Shown: in pieces, positions 56,001 through 64,000 of the stretch | Layout of the letters: each line of letters opens with the position of its first letter | Numbering within the stretch: position 1 is the stretch's first letter | NCBI GenBank assembly: GCA_964057225.1 | Contig: CAXKVF010000086.1 | Coordinates: forward strand, 62,001-126,000 | DNA: 64,000 nucleotides | Reading direction: 5' to 3' | Source of the DNA: Auanema rhodensis | Taxonomy: Eukaryota > Animalia > Nematoda | The notes under the pieces: generated by a model | What the model saw: only the letters and a program-made list of their open reading frames with translations | Database searches by the model: none | Told to the model about the DNA's origin: nothing | Program-made: the position numbers and the translations under genes

Positions 56001-59000
56001 GAATCTAATTTTGAAAACCGCATCTCTTTATCTTTCACGTGAAGCGAGTTACATACCAAGTGCACATCACGTGTACATTTAATTAGCATTAATTAAAGTT
56101 CACGTAAATTTCAAAGTCATGGTTACCATGAACCAATATCAATAAAAATTTGTTTTTAGACTAATATGGACATGGGGAATCTAATTTCGAAAACCGCATC
56201 TCTTTATCTTTCACGTGAAGCGAGTTACATACCAAGTGCACATCACGTGTACATTTAATTAGCATAAATTAAAGTTCACGTAAATTTCAAAGTCATGGTT
56301 ACCATGCACCAATATCAATAAAAATTTGTTTTTAGACTAATATGGACATGGGGAATCTAATTTTGAAAACCGCATCTCTTTATCTTTCACGTGAAGCGAG
56401 TTACATACCAAGTGCACATCACGTGTACATTTAATTAGCATAAATTAAAGTTCACGTAAATTTCAAAGTCATGGTTACCATGCACCAATATCAATAAAAA
56501 TTTGTTTTTAGACTAATATGGACATGGGGAATCTAATTTTGAAAACCGCATCTCTTTATCTTTCACGTGAAGCGAGTTACATACCAAGTGCACATCACGT
56601 GTACATTTAATTAGCATAAATTAAAGTTCACGTAAATTTCAAAGTCATGGTTACCATGCACCAATATCAATAAAAATTTGTTTTTAGACTAATATGGACA
56701 TGGGGAATCTAATTTTGAAAACCGCATCTCTTTATCTTTCACGTGAAGCGAGTTACATACCAAGTGCACATCACGTGTACATTTAATTAGCATAAATTAA
56801 AGTTCACGTAAATTTCAAAGTCATGGTTACCATGAACCAATATCAATAAAAATTTGTTTTTAGACTAATATGGACATGGGGAATCTAATTTTGAAAACCG
56901 CATCTCTTTATCTTTCATGTGAAGCGAGTTACATACCAAGTGCACATCACGTGTACATTTAATTAGCATAAATTAAAGTTCACGTAAATTTCAAAGTCAT
57001 GGTTACCATGCACCAATATCAATAAAAATTTGTATTTAGACTAATATGGACATGGGGAATCTAATTTTGAAAACCGCATCTCTTTATCTTTCACGTGAAG
57101 CGAGTTACATACCAAGTGCACATCACGTGTACATTTAATTAGCATAAATTAAAGTTCACGTAAATTTCAAAGTCATGGTTACCATGCACCAATATCAATA
57201 AAAATTTGTTTTTAGACTAATATGGACATGGGGAATCTAATTTTGAAAACCGCATCTCTTTATCTTTCACGTGAAGCGAGTTACATACCAAGTGCACATC
57301 ACGTGTACATTTAATTAGCATAAATTAAAGTTCACGTAAATTTCAAAGTCATGGTTACCATGCACCAATATCAATAAAAATTTGTTTTTAGACTAATATG
57401 GACATGGGGAATCTAATTTTGAAAACCGCATCTCTTTATCTTTCACGTGAAGCGAGTTACATACCAAGTGCACATCACGTATACATTTAATTAGCATAAA
57501 TTAAAGTTCACGTAAATTTCAAAGTCATGGTTACCATGAACCAATATCAATAAAAATTTGTTTTTAGACTAATATGGACATGGGGAATCTAATTTTGAAA
57601 ACCGCATCTCTTTATCTTTCATGTGAAGCGAGTTACATACCAAGTGCACATCACGTGTACATTTAATTAGCATAAATTAAAGTTCACGTAAATTTCAAAG
57701 TCATGGTTACCATGCACCAATATCAATAAAAATTTGTTTTTAGACTAATATGGACATGGGGAATCTAATTTTGAAAACCGCATCTCTTTATCTTTCACGT
57801 GAAGCGAGTTACATACCAAGTGCACATCACGTGTACATTTAATTAGCATAAATTAAAGTTCACGTAAATTTCAAAGTCATGGTTACCATGAACCAATATC
57901 AATAAAAATTTGTTTTTAGACTAATATGGACATGGGGAATCTAATTTTGAAAACCGCATCTCTTTATCTTTCACGTGAAGCGAGTTACATACCAAGTGCA
58001 CATCACGTGTACATTTAATTAGCATAAATTAAAGTTCACGTAAATTTCAAAGTCATGGTTACCATGAACCAATATCAATAAAAATTTGTTTTTAGACTAA
58101 TATGGACATGGGGAATCTAATTTTGAAAACCGCATCTCTTTATCTTTCACGTGAAGCGAGTTACATACCAAGTGCACATCACGTGTACATTTAATTAGCA
58201 TAAATTAAAGTTCACGTAAATTTCAAAGTCATGGTTACCATGCACCAATATCAATAAAAATTTGTTTTTAGACTAATATGGACATGGGGAATCTAATTTT
58301 GAAAACCGCATCTCTTTATCTTTCACGTGAAGCGAGTTACATACCAAGTGCACATCACGTGTACATTTAATTAGCATGAATTAAAGTTCACGTAAATTTC
58401 AAAGTCATGGTTACCATGAACCAATATCAATAAAAATTTGTTTTTAGACTAATATGGACATGGGGAATCTAATTTTGAAAACCGCATCTCTTTATCTTTC
58501 ACGTGAAGAGAGTTACATACCAAGTGCACATCACGTGTACATTTAATTAGCATAAATTAAAGTTCACGTAAATTTCAAAGTCATGGTTACCATGCACCAA
58601 TATCAATAAAAATTTGTTTTTAGACTAATATGGACATGGGGAATCTAATTTTGAAAACCGCATCTCTTTATCTTTCACGTGGAGCGAGTTACATACCAAG
58701 TGCACATCACGTGTACATTTAATTAGCATAAATTAAAGTTCACGTAAATTTCAAAGTCATGGTTACCATGCACCAATATCAATAAAAATTTGTTTTTAGA
58801 CTAATATGGACATGGGGAATCTAATTTTGAAAACCGCATCTCTTTATCTTTCACGTGAAGCGAGTTACATACCAAGTGCACATCACGTGTACATTTAATT
58901 AGCATGAATTAAAGTTCACGTAAATTTCAAAGTCATGGTTACCATGCACCAATATCAATAAAAATTTGTTTTTAGACTAATATGGACATGGGGAATCTAA

Positions 59001-62000
59001 TTTTGAAAACCGCATCTCTTTATCTTTCACGTGAAGAGAGTTACATACCAAGTGCACATCACGTGTACATTTAATTAGCATAAATTAAAGTTCACGTAAA
59101 TTTCAAAGTCATGGTTACCATGCACCAATATCAATAAAAATTTGTTTTTAGACTAATATGGACATGGGGAATCTAATTTTGAAAACCGCATCTCTTTATC
59201 TTTCACGTGAAGAGAGTTACATACCAAGTGCACATCACGTGTACATTTAATTAGCATAAATTAAAGTTCACGTAAATTTCAAAGTCATGGTTACCATGCA
59301 CCAATATCAATAAAAATTTGTTTTTAGACTAATATGGACATGGGGAATCTAATTTTGAAAACCGCATCTCTTTATCTTTCACGTGGAGCGAGTTACATAC
59401 CAAGTGCACATCACGTGTACATTTAATTAGCATAAATTAAAGTTCACGTAAATTTCAAAGTCATGGTTACCATGAACCAATATCAATAAAAATTCGTTTT
59501 TAGACTAATATGGACATGGGGAATCTAATTTTGAAAACCGCATCTCTTTATCTTTCACGTGAAGCGAGTTACATACCAAGTGCACATCACGTGTACATTT
59601 AATTAGCATAAATTAAAGTTCACGTAAATTTCAAAGTCATGGTTACCATGAACCAATATCAATAAAAATTTGTTTTTAGACTAATATGGACATGGGGAAT
59701 CTAATTTTGAAAACCGCATCTCTTTATCTTTCACGTGAAGCGAGTTACATACCAAGTGCACATCACGTGTACATTTAATTAGCATAAATTAAAGTTCACG
59801 TAAATTTCAAAGTCATGGTTACCATGAACCAATATCAATAAAAATTTGTTTTTAGACTAATATGGACATGGGGAATCTAATTTTGAAAACCGCATCTCTT
59901 TATCTTTCACGTGAAGCGAGTTACATACCAAGTGCACATCACGTGTACATTTAATTAGCATAAATTAAAGTTCACGTAAATTTCAAAGTCATGGTTACCA
60001 TGAACCAATATCAATAAAAATTTGTTTTTAGACTAATATGGACATGGGGAATCTAATTTTGAAAACCGCATCTCTTTATCTTTCACGTGAAGCGAGTTAC
60101 ATACCAAGTGCACATCACGTGTACATTTAATTAGCATAAATTAAAGTTCACGTAAATTTCAAAGTCATGGTTACCATGAACCAATATCAATAAAAATTTG
60201 TTTTTAGACTAATATGGACATGGGGAATCTAATTTTGAAAACCGCATCTCTTTATCTTTCACGTGAAGCGAGTTACATACCAAGTGCACATCACGTGTAC
60301 ATTTAATTAGCATAAATTAAAGTTCACGTAAATTTCAAAGTCATGGTTACCATGCACCAATATCAATAAAAATTTGTTTTTAGACTAATATGGACATGGG
60401 GAATCTAATTTTGAAAACCGCATCTCTTTATCTTTCACGTGAAGCGAGTTACATACCAAGTGCACATCACGTGTACATTTAATTAGCATAAATTAAAGTT
60501 CACGTAAATTTCAAAGTCATGGTTACCATGAACCAATATCAATAAAAAGTTGTTTTTAGACTAATATGGACATGTGGAATCTAATTTTGAAAACCGCATC
60601 TCTTTATCTTTCACGTGAAGAGAGTTACATACCAAGTGCACATCACGTGTACATTTAATTAGCATAAATTAAAGTTCACGTAAATTTCAAAGTCATGGTT
60701 ACCATGCACCAATATCAATAAAAATTTGTTTTTAGACTAATATGGACATGGGGAATCTAATTTTGAAAACCGCATCTCTTTATCTTTCACGTGAAGCGAG
60801 TTACATACCAAGTGCACATCACGTGAACATTTAATTAGCATAAATTAAAGTTCACGTAAATTTCAAAGTCATGGTTACCATGCACCAATATCAATAAAAA
60901 TTTGTTTTTAGACTAATATGGACATGGGGAATCTAATTTTGAAAACCGCATCTCTTTATCTTTCACGTGAAGCGAGTTACATACCAAGTGCACATCACGT
61001 GTACATTTAATTAGCATAAATTAAAGTTCACGTAAATTTCAAAGTCATGGTTACCATGAACCAATATCAATAAAAATTTGTTTTTAGACTAATATGGACA
61101 TGGGGAATCTAATTTTGAAAACCGCATCTCTTTATCTTTCACGTGAAGCGAGTTACATACCAAGTGCACATCACGTGTACATTTAATTAGCATAAATTAA
61201 AGTTCACGTAAATTTCAAAGTCATGGTTACCATGCACCAATATCAATAAAAATTTGTTTTTAGACTAATATGGACATGGGGAATCTAATTTTGAAAACCG
61301 CATCTCTTTATCTTTCACGTGAAGCGAGTTACATACCAAGTGCACATCACGTGTACATTTAATTAGCATAAATTAAAGTTCACGTAAATTTCAAAGTCAT
61401 GGTTACCATGCACCAATATCAATAAAAATTTGTTTTTAGACTAATATGGACATGGGGAATCTAATTTTGAAAACCGCATCTCTTTATCTTTCACGTGAAG
61501 CGAGTTACATACCAAGTGCACATCACGTGTACATTTAATTAGCATAAATTAAAGTTCACGTAAATTTCAAATTCATGGTTACCATGAACCAATATCAATA
61601 AAAAGTTGTTTTTAGACTAATATGGACATGGGGAATCTAATTTTGAAAACCGCATCTCTTTATCTTTCACGTGAAGAGAGTTACATACCAAGTGCACATC
61701 ACGTGTACATTTAATTAGCATAAATTAAAGTTCACGTAAATTTCAAAGTCATGGTTACCATGCACCAATATCAATAAAAATTTGTTTTTAGACTAATATG
61801 GACATGGGGAATCTAATTTTGAAAACCGCATCTCTTTATCTTTCACGTGAAGCGAGTTACATACCAAGTGCACATCACGTGAACATTTAATTAGCATAAA
61901 TTAAAGTTCACGTAAATTTCAAAGTCATGGTTACCATGCACCAATATCAATAAAAATTTGTTTTTAGACTAATATGGACATGGGGAATCTAATTTTGAAA

Positions 62001-64000
62001 ACCGCATCTCTTTATCTTTCACGTGAAGCAAGTTACATACCAAGTGCACATCACGTGTACATTTAATTAGCATAAATTAAAGTTCACGTAAATTTCAAAG
62101 TCATGGTTACCATGCACCAATATCAATAAAAATTTGTTTTTAGACTAATATGGACATGGGGAATCTAATTTTGAAAACCGCATCTCTTTATCTTTCACGT
62201 GAAGCGAGTTACATACCAAGTGCACATCACGTGTACATTTAATTAGCATAAATTAAAGTTCACGTAAATTTCAAAGTCATGGTTACCATGCACCAATATC
62301 AATAAAAATTTGTTTTTAGACTAATATGGACATGGGGAATCTAATTTTGAAAACCGCATCTTTTTATCTTTCACGTGAAGCGAGTTACATACCAAGTGCA
62401 CATCACGTATACATTTAATTAGCATAAATTAAAGTTCACGTAAATTTCAAAGTCATGGTTACCATGAACCAATATCAATAAAAATTTGTTTTTAGACTAA
62501 TATGGACATGGGGAATCTAATTTTGAAAACCGCATCTCTTTATCTTTCACGTGAAGCGAGTTACATACCAAGTGCACATCACGTGTACATTTAATTAGCA
62601 TAAATTAAAGTTCACGTAAATTTCAAAGTCATGGTTACCATGCACCAATATCAATAAAAATTTGTTTTTAGACTAATATGGACATGGGGAATCTAATTTT
62701 GAAAACCGCATTTCTTCATCTTTCGCGTGAAGCGAGTTACATACCAAGTGCACATCACGTGTACATTTAATTAGCATAAATTAAAGTTCACGTAAATTTC
62801 AAAGTCATGGTTACCATGCACCAATATCAATAAAAATTTGTTTTTAGACTAATATGGACATGGGGAATCTAATTTTGAAAACCGCATCTCTTTATCTTTC
62901 ACGTGAAGCGAGTTACATACCAAGTGCACATCACGTGTACATTTAATTAGCATAAATTAAAGTTCACGTAAATTTCAAAGTCATGGTTACCATGCACCAA
63001 TATCAATAAAAATTTGTTTTTAGACTAATATGGACATGGGGAATCTAATTTTGAAAACAGCATCTCTTTATCTTTCACGTGAAGCGAGTTACATACCAAG
63101 TGCACATCACGTGTACATTTAATTAGCATAAATTAAAGTTCACGTAAATTTCAAAGTCATGGTTACCATGAACCAATATCAATAAAAATTTGTTTTTAGA
63201 CTAATATGGACATGGGGAATCTAATTTTGAAAACCGCATCTCTTTATCTTTCACGTGAAGAGAGTTACATACCAAGTGCACATCACGTGTACATTTAATT
63301 AGCATAAATTAAAGTTCACGTAAATTTCAAAGTCATGGTTACCATGCACCAATATCAATAAAAATTTGTTTTTAGACTAATATGGACATGGGGAATCTAA
63401 TTTTGAAAACCGCATCTCTTTATCTTTCACGTGAAGCGAGTTACATACCAAGTGCACATCACGTGTACATTTAATTAGCATAAATTAAAGTTCACGTAAA
63501 TTTCAAATTCATGGTTACCATGAACCAATATCAATAAAAAGTTGTTTTTAGACTAATATGGACATGGGGAATCTAATTTTGAAAACCGCATCTCTTTATC
63601 TTTCACGTGAAGAGAGTTACATACCAAGTGCACATCACGTGTACATTTAATTAGCATAAATTAAAGTTCACGTAAATTTCAAAGTCATGGTTACCATGCA
63701 CCAATATCAATAAAAATTTGTTTTTAGACTAATATGGACATGGGGAATCTAATTTTGAAAACCGCATCTCTTTATCTTTCACGTGAAGCGAGTTACATAC
63801 CAAGTGCACATCACGTGAACATTTAATTAGCATAAATTAAAGTTCACGTAAATTTCAAAGTCATGGTTACCATGCACCAATATCAATAAAAATTTGTTTT
63901 TGGACTAATATGGACATGGGGAATCTAATTTTGAAAACCGCATCTCTTTATCTTTCACGTGAAGCGAGTTACATACCAAGTGCACATCACGTGTACATTT

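Larger units (their letters stand above)
1820..64000 (+). repeat. 176-bp tandem satellite DNA array (~353 monomers), putatively centromeric/pericentromeric
   Basis: Consensus, e.g. 4106-4281: CACGTGTACATTTAATTAGCATAAATTAAAGTTCACGTAAATTTCAAAGTCATGGTTACCATGAACCAATATCAATAAAAATTTGTTTTTAGACTAATATGGACATGGGGAATCTAATTTTGAAAACCGCATCTCTTTATCTTTCACGTGAAGCGAGTTACATACCAAGTGCACAT (176 nt, 56 G+C). The printed line pattern recurs every 2640 bp (15x176). Monomers typically differ from consensus by 0-3 substitutions. A centromeric role is inferred only from monomer size and homogeneity. Confidence 0.98.

Noticed and set aside
1820-64000. CRISPR-like array (palindromic repeats at regular spacing)
   Set aside because: There are no unique spacers, the entire 176 bp repeats, and no cas genes are present.

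Overview
The whole 64 kb window is one highly homogeneous, AT-rich (about 32% GC) tandem satellite array with a 176-bp monomer (about 363 copies). It looks like eukaryotic centromeric or pericentromeric satellite DNA, but I cannot assign a species or a named family. There are no credible genes, RNA genes, transposons or CRISPR arrays, and the four supplied ORFs are read-through artefacts of the monomer. Two structural breaks interrupt the array. The first is a fold-back inversion at about 1,795-1,826 joined through a 7-bp TCACGTG microhomology; it sits in an indel-rich zone and may be a sequencing or assembly artefact. The second is a +42-bp phase shift at 26,458-26,499 with a 6-bp GCTTTG filler. 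Both breaks map to the same ~36-bp sub-segment of the monomer, which holds two CACGTG palindromes and a CENP-B-box-like 17-mer. Diagnostic SNPs reveal nested higher-order repeats (3-, 5-, 6-, 19-25- and 47-mers), a switch of variant domain at about 24.4 kb, and a shared older haplotype flanking a younger core at about 26.5-51 kb.
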